From: Polyangiaceae bacterium
GTDB taxonomy: Bacteria > Myxococcota_A > Polyangia > Polyangiales > Polyangiaceae
NCBI GenBank assembly: GCA_050287085.1
Contig: JBNKBE010000009.1
Coordinates: forward strand, 195,834 to 240,174
Length of the DNA: 44,341 nt
Reading direction: 5' to 3'
Under the pieces are notes generated by a model. It saw only the letters and a program-made list of their open reading frames with translations. It was not told where the DNA came from and did not search any database. Both the position numbers and the translations under genes were made by a program. This document shows positions 17,454 to 26,509 of this stretch, in pieces (the first letter of the stretch is position 1; every line of letters starts with the position of its first letter).

Positions 17454-19601
17454 CTAACCCCTCAGCCGACGCGCCAGCCCCGAGTAGCGCTCCTCTTTCT
17501 TGAGTTCGCTCAGCGCCAAGCGAATGGCTCGCGGATCGCCTATCAGCACGCAGATCTGACGGGCCCGGGTGATCGCCGTGTACAGCAAGTTCCGGGATAA
17601 CATCACGAAGTGAGACATCAGGAAGGGCACAACCACCACCGGATACTCGCTGCCCTGACTCTTGTGGATGGTCGTTGCATACGCCAGTGTGAGGGCGTCG
17701 AGTTCAGCCCCGGCGTAGGCGACTTCGCGCTCGTCAAACGCAACCTTCAGCGCGTTGTCTTCAACCGCACGGACCGTGCCCAGATCGCCGTTGAACACCT
17801 CGCGCTCATAGTCGTTCTTTAGCTGCATGACGCGATCGCCGATGCGAAATCGCCGGCCGCTTCGCATGTGCTCCCGCGTGAGCGTCTCGCTCTTGTCCGG
17901 GTTCAATCGCGCCTGCAATGCCTCGTTGAGAGCCTCCGTTCCTGCCGGCCCACGGTGCATGGGACACAAGACTTGAACGTCCCTCAGTGGATCGTACCCA
18001 AAGCGCGCTGGAATGCGCTGGGCCACCACCTCGATGATCGTATCGGCCGCCGCCTGCGGCGCGCGGCGCTCAATCACGAAGAAGTCCGTGTCAGAGCCTG
18101 CCCTCGGATCGGCCTCCGGAGAGCGGCCCGCCAATACTCTATGGGCATTGACGACGATGGCGCTCTGCTCCGCTTGGCGAAATATGTGTTCCAACACAAC
18201 CACCGGCACGGCCCCGCTGTCGATCAGGTCTTTCAGCACCGCCCCGGCTCCAACCGAGGGCAACTGGTTGTGATCGCCCACTAGAACGAGGCGCGTCGCG
18301 GGTCCCAGGGCCCCCAGCAACGCCTCAGCCAAGAACACGTCCAACATCGACACCTCATCGACGATGACAGCCCCGACGTTGAGCGGGTTGCTCGCATTTC
18401 GTGCAAAGGCGGCCTTCTGCGGCTCGTATTCCAACAAGCGGTGAATCGTCCCCGCCCCGGCCCCCGTCGCCTGGGCCATGCGTTTGGCGGCTCGCCCCGT
18501 TGGAGCCGCCAGCGCGGTTACGAGGCGCGCTCGCTCGAACACTCGCAGGATAGCTCGAACGATGGTCGTCTTGCCGACGCCCGGTCCCCCCGTGATCACG
18601 ACGAGTGAGTGCTCAGCCGCACTCTGCACGGCCCGCTTCTGTTCCGGCGCCAAGGCGAAGCCGAGCTCCTTCTCAAACTCGACCAGGGCGTCGTCTGCGC
18701 CCGAGAGCGGCAGGGCCGGAGCCGCTAGCAGCCCTCCGATACTCTCCGCAACCGCGACTTCAGCTGCATGCGAAGTGCGCAGATATACGTCGCCGGCCTC
18801 CACCGTGATGCGTCCGGCAGCCCACAGCCCGTCGATCGCGGCCTCTACGAAGCTCGCTTCGATCTGGAGCAGGGTGGCCGTCTTGGTGGCAAGCTCCGCG
18901 CGCGGTAGATAGACGTGTCCCGAATCGCGCGCCTCTATCAGTACGGTCAGAGTGCCTGCACTGCAACGCTCCGGATGTTCACGAGCTATCCCCACAGACG
19001 CCGCGATAGCATCCGCGGTCTTGAAGCCCACGCCACGCACTTCGAGAGCAAGGCGATACGGCGCCGTCTGAACGATCTCCGCGGCCCGCTCCTGATAGCG
19101 CTCCGTAACAGCCCGAGCCACCGCGCCACTAATGCCGTGGGTTTGCAGCACTACCAGCGCGTTGGCCGCAGCCCGCTGCTCCGCCCAGGCGCGCACCAGC
19201 GTCTGTCGACGCTTGAGCCCAAGGCCCGGGACATCTCGCAGTCGCCCCGGGTCGTGATCAAGGACAGCAAGGGTTTCGGCGCCGAAGCATTCGACGATCT
19301 TCTTCGCGAAGCCGGCCCCCACCCCCGGCAGTACCCCCGACGACAAATAGCGTTCGATCCCCTCCAGGGTCTGCGGCTCGATCACCATCAGCGATTCAGC
19401 CCGAAACTGATCACCGTACTTGCCGTCACTTATCCTGCGCCCACTGAACCGGACCTCCGCCCCCGCCCCCACGAACTGAAAGCGTCCGACCACGGTCAGC
19501 TCCGCCCCCTCATGCAGCTTGACCTTGAGCACGCGGAAGCCACTCTGCTCGTTCTCGAACGTCACGCGCTGCACAACGCCGCTGAGCGTTTCCGAACTCA
19601 C
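17454..19601 (-). CDS. recD2: ATP-dependent RecD2-family (RecD-like) DNA helicase
   Basis: N-terminal OB/HhH region, Walker A GGPGVGKT, APTGRAAKR, IVDE.SM, GD..QLPSVG, NGDLG, YA.TIHKSQGSE, LLYTAITRA. Confidence 0.95.
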   Translation of the reverse strand: MSSETLSGVVQRVTFENEQSGFRVLKVKLHEGAELTVVGRFQFVGAGAEVRFSGRRISDGKYGDQFRAESLMVIEPQTLEGIERYLSSGVLPGVGAGFAKKIVECFGAETLAVLDHDPGRLRDVPGLGLKRRQTLVRAWAEQRAAANALVVLQTHGISGAVARAVTERYQERAAEIVQTAPYRLALEVRGVGFKTADAIAASVGIAREHPERCSAGTLTVLIEARDSGHVYLPRAELATKTATLLQIEASFVEAAIDGLWAAGRITVEAGDVYLRTSHAAEVAVAESIGGLLAAPALPLSGADDALVEFEKELGFALAPEQKRAVQSAAEHSLVVITGGPGVGKTTIVRAILRVFERARLVTALAAPTGRAAKRMAQATGAGAGTIHRLLEYEPQKAAFARNASNPLNVGAVIVDEVSMLDVFLAEALLGALGPATRLVLVGDHNQLPSVGAGAVLKDLIDSGAVPVVVLEHIFRQAEQSAIVVNAHRVLAGRSPEADPRAGSDTDFFVIERRAPQAAADTIIEVVAQRIPARFGYDPLRDVQVLCPMHRGPAGTEALNEALQARLNPDKSETLTREHMRSGRRFRIGDRVMQLKNDYEREVFNGDLGTVRAVEDNALKVAFDEREVAYAGAELDALTLAYATTIHKSQGSEYPVVVVPFLMSHFVMLSRNLLYTAITRARQICVLIGDPRAIRLALSELKKEERYSGLARRLRG

Positions 19602-19729
19602 AGGGCCACCCTATCCGGCTACGGGGCTCTCGCAAACCGGAAACATACTCCGTCGGCTTGCGTCCACGACTGGCCTTGACAAGCGGAGGAGGCTTGCTCG
19701 CCAACGTCCCTCAGGCTATCGCTCTACCC

Positions 19730-22273
19730 ATGCCTCACTCGAGACACGCCTGCTGTGCGGGTGCTATACGAGGTGCGTTCGCACTGCCCGGCACCGAGCG
19801 CCAATACGAGCGGCCCCTCCCTTTTACGGTCGAGCACCTAGCGCTTGATCTGCACCTAGACGAGACCCGACGCCAAGTGGAAGGCACAGCGGTGCTGCAC
19901 GTGGAGCGCTTGACCGAGGGAGCCAGCGACCTGCTCGTTGACGCCGTCGACTTCGAGCTGCGCGCCGTCGAAGTCGACTACGGCGCGGGGTTTGATCCGG
20001 CGCGCTACGACTACGACGAACGCGTGTTGCAGGTGGCCGTGCGCAAGTCGGCTCGGAACTTCTGCCTGCGGGTTCGCTACGTGGCGTATCCGAAACGAGG
20101 GCTCTACTTCTTGGCGCCGGACGAATTCGTCCCAGAGCGCCCCGTCCAGGTGTGGAGCCAGTGCCAAGACGAAGACGCCCGCCACTGGATCCCCTGCATC
20201 GACAAGCCCCACGTCAAACAGACGCTCAAACTCAGTGTAACGGCAGCTCAGAACCGAGCGGTGCTCAGCAACGGTCATCAGGAGACCGCGCCACTGCGCA
20301 GCGGACGACGCGGCGCCAGTTCCGAGCTCGTCCACACATTCCGTCTCGAGCAGCCGCTACCGAGTTACCTCATCACGCTCGTAATTGGCGACTTCACGCT
20401 GGTGTCCGATCGCTCCGCCAAGTTGCCTTCAGGTCGAGAAGTGCCGATTCGCTATCTCGTCCCCCCCGGCAGCGAGGCAGACGCGCGACGTGCTTTCTCC
20501 GGCACCCCGCGCATGGTCGAACTCTTCAGTCGTTTGACCGGTGTTGAGTACCCGTACGAGCTCTATACACAAATCGTGGTGAGCGACTTCATCTTCGGTG
20601 GCATGGAGAACACGACGGCAACCACCATGTATGAACACGTCCTGTTGGACGAACGGGCCGCCATCGATATCGAAAGCCACGATTTGGTCGCTCACGAGCT
20701 GGCTCATCAGTGGTTTGGCGACTGGGTTACCTGCAAAGACTGGACACACGCCTGGCTCAACGAGGGCTTTGCTACCTTCTTTGAGATTCTCGAAGCCGAA
20801 GACCGCCTCGGTCGCGACGAGTACCTACTCGGAGTCGAACGCGCGCTCAAAACCTACCTGACCGAGTCTGGGGGACGTTACGATCGCCCTATTGTGTGCC
20901 GCGACTACCAGGCGCCGATCGACCTATTCGATCGCCACCTGTACGAGAAGGGCGGATTGGTGCTGCACATGCTGCGCACTCGTCTCGGCGACGAGACGTT
21001 CTGGACGGGGGTGCGGCTTTATCTCGAGCGCTTCGGGCGCGCCCACGTTCAAACGCGCGATCTTCAAGCCTGCCTAGAGCAGGCTGCCGGACGCACCCTG
21101 GAGCGCTTCTTTGACGAATGGGTCCACCGCCCTGGGCACCCACAGCTCAAAGTCAAGCTCACCTGGAAGGATAAGGCGGTCGTGCTTGAGCTAATCCAGG
21201 AGCAGACGCATCCCTTCGAGCTTGAATTCGAGCTCGAGATCATGACGAGCAAAGGACACATCAAGCGGGTCCCGCTCCGCACTTGCCAGAGCCGTGAGGT
21301 ATTCAACGTAGCGCTGCCCGCACGTCCTCGTTATGTCGCGTTCGACCCCGAGTGGAGCACCGTCGGCCAGATCACCCTCGAAACCGACGCCGCTTTCGCC
21401 CGCGACCAACTCCTTCATGGCCAAAGCGCGCGGGTGCGACGTCAGGCGGCCAATTGGTTGGCTGGAAGAGTTGACGAACAGACGCGGCAGGCGTTGGCCA
21501 GCACCCTGCAAGACGACAGCACTCACTACAGCGTGCGTACCAGCGCAGCAGACGCCATCTCCAAGAGCCACTTCGTGGACGGCCACGCCGTTCTCTGCCA
21601 GGCCTTGGGCGCAAGAGACGCCCGCGTGCGGGCGAGCGCAGCCACCGCACTGGGAGCGTACCGCTTGAGCGCCGTGCATGAAGCGCTCAAGCGACGGCTC
21701 AGCCGCGAACGCTCCTATCTCGTGCGAGCCGCCATCCTGAAAGCCTTGGGGCGCAGCGAGTCGCCGGAAGCGACGGCCCTCATCAAGCCCGAACTTAGCG
21801 CCCCTTCCTGGGGCAGCGTAGTCGCCTCCGCCGGGGTCGAAGGGCTGGTAGCACTCAACGCTGGCGAAGAGGCAAAAACCGTGGCGCAACTTGCGCAATA
21901 CGGCAACCCAGCCGCCCTGCGGCGAACCGCGATCAGCCAACTGCCCCAGCTAGCGAGCACCAAAGAGACAGTCCGAGTGTTAGGAAAACTACTGCGTGAT
22001 CCAGACCCTCACGTTCGGGCCAGCGTAGTGGCCGCGCTCGGACGGGCGGGAGGGCGCAGCGCCAAACAGTTGCTCAGTGAGCACCAGCCGCTGGAGACCG
22101 ATGGGCGGGTGGCTCGTCGTCTGGGAGAAGCACTGCGCAGCCTCCGCACTGTGCGCAGCGAACGCGACGCCCTGCAGCGCATAGAAACGCTCGAGCGCGA
22201 TGTGCAGGAACTGAAGAGCCAATTGGCCCACGCCGAGGCCAATGCGAGTCGCACTCCAAACCGCCGGAAGTGA
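19730..22273 (+). CDS. M1-family aminopeptidase with C-terminal HEAT repeats
   Basis: GGMEN, HELAHQWFG...WLNEG, YEKGG motifs; HEAT-like repeats and coiled-coil tail; ATG 19730 preferred over 19658. Confidence 0.92.
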   Translation: MPHSRHACCAGAIRGAFALPGTERQYERPLPFTVEHLALDLHLDETRRQVEGTAVLHVERLTEGASDLLVDAVDFELRAVEVDYGAGFDPARYDYDERVLQVAVRKSARNFCLRVRYVAYPKRGLYFLAPDEFVPERPVQVWSQCQDEDARHWIPCIDKPHVKQTLKLSVTAAQNRAVLSNGHQETAPLRSGRRGASSELVHTFRLEQPLPSYLITLVIGDFTLVSDRSAKLPSGREVPIRYLVPPGSEADARRAFSGTPRMVELFSRLTGVEYPYELYTQIVVSDFIFGGMENTTATTMYEHVLLDERAAIDIESHDLVAHELAHQWFGDWVTCKDWTHAWLNEGFATFFEILEAEDRLGRDEYLLGVERALKTYLTESGGRYDRPIVCRDYQAPIDLFDRHLYEKGGLVLHMLRTRLGDETFWTGVRLYLERFGRAHVQTRDLQACLEQAAGRTLERFFDEWVHRPGHPQLKVKLTWKDKAVVLELIQEQTHPFELEFELEIMTSKGHIKRVPLRTCQSREVFNVALPARPRYVAFDPEWSTVGQITLETDAAFARDQLLHGQSARVRRQAANWLAGRVDEQTRQALASTLQDDSTHYSVRTSAADAISKSHFVDGHAVLCQALGARDARVRASAATALGAYRLSAVHEALKRRLSRERSYLVRAAILKALGRSESPEATALIKPELSAPSWGSVVASAGVEGLVALNAGEEAKTVAQLAQYGNPAALRRTAISQLPQLASTKETVRVLGKLLRDPDPHVRASVVAALGRAGGRSAKQLLSEHQPLETDGRVARRLGEALRSLRTVRSERDALQRIETLERDVQELKSQLAHAEANASRTPNRRK

Positions 22274-22311
22274 GTTCCACCGGCTGAAATGTCGCTGGAC
22301 CAGGACGCCCC

Positions 22312-22920
22312 CTAGCCCGCGTCTCCTGCATGCTCGCCACTCCCGCCTCGGATGGGAATGGCGCGCGCAGCCGCGATGCGCTCCAACGTGCGCCGCAGCG
22401 TCGGAAGATTGGCCACAACCGGCAAGAAGGCTCGGCGCCCATCCCAAAGGTCGAGGGCTACGGTAGTCTTGAGATCGAGCACGATACACTCGACCTGCAT
22501 CCATCGATAGCGCCGAACCCGCGGGATCAAGAAACTGCGAATCTCTCGCGTCTCGAGTCCGTCCGCATACACGCGAACCCCCTTCATATTGGCTCGAACC
22601 ACCGAAGCAAGGCTGGCTATCCCAAGCAGGATTGAAAAGGTGCGAGCCCCCACCATGCGCCCAACATCCTCCGTCACCACGTAGCGAAAGAGCGAGCTGG
22701 AAACCGGGCTGTTCTCCCCGACCACAACTAGAATGGCCACCGCTATGGCCACCATGAGCAGCGCCAATGACGGGGCGCGGTCGAGCCATCGTGCGGGAAA
22801 GACACTCACCTCGGGCCGGTAGGACATCTCAAAGTCGGCGGTGGCAGCGGTGGGAAGCGGCTGCGGGCCGTTGGAAGACGGGGTCGCCATGGCGAAAGGC
22901 ATTGTAGTGTGCTCCGACAC
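22312..22920 (-). CDS. Hypothetical membrane protein (2 TM + bacterial PH-like domain)
   Basis: Two hydrophobic helices followed by GVRVYADGL...RRYRW..V, typical of bPH-type domains. Confidence 0.55.
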   Translation of the reverse strand: MSEHTTMPFAMATPSSNGPQPLPTAATADFEMSYRPEVSVFPARWLDRAPSLALLMVAIAVAILVVVGENSPVSSSLFRYVVTEDVGRMVGARTFSILLGIASLASVVRANMKGVRVYADGLETREIRSFLIPRVRRYRWMQVECIVLDLKTTVALDLWDGRRAFLPVVANLPTLRRTLERIAAARAIPIRGGSGEHAGDAG

Positions 22921-23013
22921 TCATGCGCCCGTCCACCGTGGGTAGATTTCCCACGCAAGGGGTCGTTTGCGCCGTCGCTGTACATTGCCAGACGCTGTGG
23001 TAGAGGACGGGGG

Positions 23014-23475
23014 ATGGCGGTTCTCATTGCCCGGCGCGCCCCGGGTTCTCCTGCGTTGCCCAATCGCCGGGTTTTGACATTCGCGCGAAGGATGCTCGAA
23101 GCGTTGCAGATCCCAGACGCCGAGCTGAGTCTGCTGCTGGCCGACGATCCAACGGTTCACGCGCTCAACCTCGAACATCGGGGCAAGGACCAACCGACCG
23201 ACGTTCTGGCCTTCCCGATGATGGACCCGGATGACGAACAGCTGGCCACGCTGGCGGGCGGCCCGCTCGGCGATGTGGTCATTTCCCTCGACACCGCCCA
23301 ACGACAAGCCTCGCGGCGCGGGGTGGATCTGAGCGACGAGGTCTGTGTCCTACTCGCCCACGGCCTGCTGCACCTGCTCGGCTACGATCATCAGACCGAC
23401 GAGGAAGAAGCCGAGATGAACGCGGCCACCGAACGCCTGGTAGGCGCCGCCCAGAAGCGGGCGCGAGTCTCCTGA
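23014..23475 (+). CDS. ybeY: rRNA maturation endoribonuclease YbeY
   Basis: LN..HRGKD.PTDVLAFP, LGDVVIS, HGLLHLLGYDH; ATG 23014 follows a GGGGG RBS. Confidence 0.95.
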   Translation: MAVLIARRAPGSPALPNRRVLTFARRMLEALQIPDAELSLLLADDPTVHALNLEHRGKDQPTDVLAFPMMDPDDEQLATLAGGPLGDVVISLDTAQRQASRRGVDLSDEVCVLLAHGLLHLLGYDHQTDEEEAEMNAATERLVGAAQKRARVS

Positions 23476-23845
23476 GGGGCGCACCGCTCTCGGCCACGGG
23501 GCCCACCAGGCTTCGCCTAGCTGCTCTGCGTCATGCGCAACCGGGCCGTTGACCGCACTCAAGTAGCTGAATCCGCGCCGATTCGCGCCCGGTTTCGCTT
23601 GAAAGCCAAAAACCGCCCTGATAGTCGTGCCTCACACAACCAAGAGACGCGCAGGGCAGGCGCCACAAGCACCTGGCTTTTCTGAGCAGCCGAGTTCGTT
23701 TCACGAGGAACTCGACTGGGTGGACATGGTAGCTGGAACGACGGACACCGGGCAGACCGACTGAACTCGGACCCCTCGTAAGCCGGCGGCAGAGCCCGAC
23801 GAGCGCAGCCGAACTCAAAGCGAAGGAAAGATCGGGAGGAAATCG

Positions 23846-24160
23846 ATGGCCACAAAGCGAATGACCAAAGCCCAAGTCACTGCCGAGCTCGCAAACCTGA
23901 CGCAGCTCGACAAGAAGACCGTCAACGATGTGATGGATGCGCTCAGCACGTTGATCACCCAGCAACTCAAAGGCCCTGAAACCGCCGGCGAGTTCGTCAT
24001 CCCGGGGCTTGTGAAGCTCCGGGTTGTTGAGAAGCCAGCAACCGAAGAGCGGCAGGGAATTAACCCCCATACCCGCGAACCCATGACCATTCCGGCCAAA
24101 CCCGCGTCGCGCACCGTGCGTGCGACCGCGCTCAAGGCCCTAAAAGACACACTGCAGTAG
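23846..24160 (+). CDS. HU-family histone-like DNA-binding protein
   Basis: MTKAQV..ELA, F.IPGLVKL, R.GINP.T.EP..IPAKPA; GGAGG RBS. Confidence 0.93.
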   Translation: MATKRMTKAQVTAELANLTQLDKKTVNDVMDALSTLITQQLKGPETAGEFVIPGLVKLRVVEKPATEERQGINPHTREPMTIPAKPASRTVRATALKALKDTLQ

Positions 24161-24221
24161 CGCTTGATGCGCAGGCACTCCCCGCCGCACTCATTGCGAC
24201 GGGGCGGCCCCAGGGACCCAG

Positions 24222-24256
24222 ACGGGAAGACCAGCGGTGCAGCGCAGTCTTCCCGT
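24222..24256 (+). terminator. Hairpin downstream of the HU gene, possible terminator
   Basis: ACGGGAAGAC(24222-24231)...GTCTTCCCGT(24247-24256), followed by TGTCCGTT (weak U-tract). Confidence 0.45.
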
Positions 24257-24386
24257 TGTCCGTTGTGCACATCTCGCTTGCCCCCTATGCCGCCACGGCG
24301 GACACCTTCCTCCCCGCTCCCAGCGCCTTGTCATCCACACCGTGGGCCTAGCGTGAAGGTGCGGATAGCTTCTCGCTCTTGTACCC

Positions 24387-25592
24387 ATGACCGTCATCGA
24401 CTCCACGGATGCACTGCGCTCCGCGCGCGGCTTTCTCTATCCCAACTACCGTCAACCGGACCTCGTCTTGACCCATGGCCGTGGGTGTTGGGTCTGGGAC
24501 GAGCAGGGCCGCGAATACCTGGACTTCGCCGCGGGGATCGCGGTCAATAGTTTGGGCCATGCCCATCCCGCATGGGTCCATGCCGTAAGCGAACAGGCAG
24601 GCAAGCTCGCCCACGTCTCCAACTATTTTTACAACGCGCCCAATCTGCGGCTGGCGGAGCGCCTGTGCAGCGTCACCGGAATGGACCGCGCGTTGTTCTG
24701 CAACTCCGGCACGGAAGCAGTCGAAGCCAGCCTCAAACTGGCACGACGCTACTTCTTCGACCGCGGGGAGCCCGAGCGCCACCGCGTCGTCGCGTTTAGC
24801 AATTCCTTCCACGGCCGCACCCTCGGCTCCCTCGCCGCAACGGGCCAGTCCAGCTATCGGGACGGCTTCGGGCCCCTCAGCGTCGTCACACATGTCCCCT
24901 TTGGCGATCTGAGCGCGGTGAGCGCCACGCTGGGAGACGATGTCGCGGCAATCCTGGTCGAGCCGATCCAAGGCGAAGGGGGCGTCCGGCCGGCGACGCG
25001 GGAGTTCCTGCAGGGGCTTCGGCGCTTGGCAGATGAATCGGGCTGCTTGCTCCTGGCGGACGAAATCCAAACCGGCATCGGACGCACTGGGACCTTCCTC
25101 GCGCTCGAACACGCTGGGGTGCGCGCCGACGTGGTGGCTGTCGCCAAAGGTCTTGGGGGCGGTTTTCCAATCGGGGCGATGTTGTGCGTCGAAGCCTACG
25201 CACAGGTGCTGCAACCTGGCAGTCACGGCACGACCTTCGGCGGCAACCCTCTGGCAAGCCGGGCCGCACTAGCTGTCCTCGAGACCCTCGAGGCCGACGG
25301 ACTCGTAGCCGCCGCGGCCGAACGCGGCGCGCAGCTCGAAACCGGCCTGAAGGCGCTCCAGACGCGTTTTCCACAACACGTCGTCGACGTGCGAGGTCGA
25401 GGGCTGATGCAAGCGCTGGAACTGGCGCCCACGGTGGAGCTTGGAAAGATGCTGGAGCAGCTGCGCGCAAATGGGTTATTGCTCACCGCAGCAGGTGGCA
25501 GTGCGCTGCGCTTCACCCCACCTCTCATTGTTTCCGAGGCCGACATCGTTCGAGCCGTCGACTGTCTTGCCCGCGCGCTGGAGCAGCTCTGA
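24387..25592 (+). CDS. argD: Acetylornithine aminotransferase
   Basis: YLDF.AGIAVNSLGH, FCNSGTEA, FHGRT, EPIQGEGG, DEIQTG.GRTG, AKGLGGG.P.GA, HGTTFGGNP; coupled to argF. Confidence 0.93.
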   Translation: MTVIDSTDALRSARGFLYPNYRQPDLVLTHGRGCWVWDEQGREYLDFAAGIAVNSLGHAHPAWVHAVSEQAGKLAHVSNYFYNAPNLRLAERLCSVTGMDRALFCNSGTEAVEASLKLARRYFFDRGEPERHRVVAFSNSFHGRTLGSLAATGQSSYRDGFGPLSVVTHVPFGDLSAVSATLGDDVAAILVEPIQGEGGVRPATREFLQGLRRLADESGCLLLADEIQTGIGRTGTFLALEHAGVRADVVAVAKGLGGGFPIGAMLCVEAYAQVLQPGSHGTTFGGNPLASRAALAVLETLEADGLVAAAAERGAQLETGLKALQTRFPQHVVDVRGRGLMQALELAPTVELGKMLEQLRANGLLLTAAGGSALRFTPPLIVSEADIVRAVDCLARALEQL

Positions 25593-26509
25593 TGAATCAC
25601 CTCCTATCCCTTTCAGACATCGGTGCCGCGGAGCTAGGAATCGTCCTGGACGCGGCTGACCGCTTCAAAGCCGAGCGCGGCATGGCCGAGCACCGGCACC
25701 TGCTCACCGGCAAATCCGTTGCGCTGGTATTCGAAAAGGCCTCCACACGTACGCGTCTCTCGCTAGAAATCGCGGTAACGGAGCTCGGAGGTTGCCCGCT
25801 TGTGCTCACCGGGGCCCAATCCCAGCTCGGCCGCGGTGAACCGCTCGAAGACACGGCGCGGGTAATGTCACGCATGGTGCATGCCATCACCTACCGCACC
25901 TTCTCCCAAGACGCACTGCAGCGGCTCGCTGAACATGCGACCGTCCCCGTTCTCAACGCGTTGACGGATGCGGGCCATCCCATGCAGGTGCTCGCCGATC
26001 TGCAGACGGTACGACGCGAGTTCAAGACGCTATCGGGCCTCAAATATGCCTGGATAGGTGACGGCAACAACATGGCCAATTCTTGGATAGAAGCCGCCGG
26101 TCTGCTGCAGTTTGAGCTCGTCGTGGCGAGTCCCAAAGGCTACGAGCCCTCGCCGGAGCGAGTGGCGCAAGCCAACGCGCGAGGCGGGAAGGTATCCGTG
26201 GTCAACGATGCCCGTGAAGCGGCTCGGGGCGCGCATGTCCTCAACACCGACGTCTTTACCAGCATGGGGCAAGAGGCCGAGACAAGTGTCCGTCTGGCCG
26301 CATTTCGAGGCATGTGCGTGAGCGAGGAGTTGGTCGCGCTGGCCGCCAAGGACGCGATCGTGCTGCATTGCTTGCCCGCCCACCGCGGCGAGGAAATCGA
26401 AGCTTCCGTTCTGGAGGGACCCCACAGCCGGGTCTGGGACCAAGCGGAAGCGCGGCTGCACACATCCAAGGCAGCGTTGTGCTGGGCCCTCGATGTCCCA
26501 ATGGCCTGA
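25592..26509 (+). CDS. argF: Ornithine carbamoyltransferase
   Basis: FEKASTRTR, HPMQ.LAD, GDGNN, DVFTSMGQE, HCLPAHRG; ATG overlaps the argD stop (TGATG). Confidence 0.95.
   Translation: MNHLLSLSDIGAAELGIVLDAADRFKAERGMAEHRHLLTGKSVALVFEKASTRTRLSLEIAVTELGGCPLVLTGAQSQLGRGEPLEDTARVMSRMVHAITYRTFSQDALQRLAEHATVPVLNALTDAGHPMQVLADLQTVRREFKTLSGLKYAWIGDGNNMANSWIEAAGLLQFELVVASPKGYEPSPERVAQANARGGKVSVVNDAREAARGAHVLNTDVFTSMGQEAETSVRLAAFRGMCVSEELVALAAKDAIVLHCLPAHRGEEIEASVLEGPHSRVWDQAEARLHTSKAALCWALDVPMA

Noticed and set aside
25184..25591. 136-aa N-terminal extension of ArgF in the ORF track
   Set aside because: Overlaps argD in another frame; the real start is the coupled ATG at 25592
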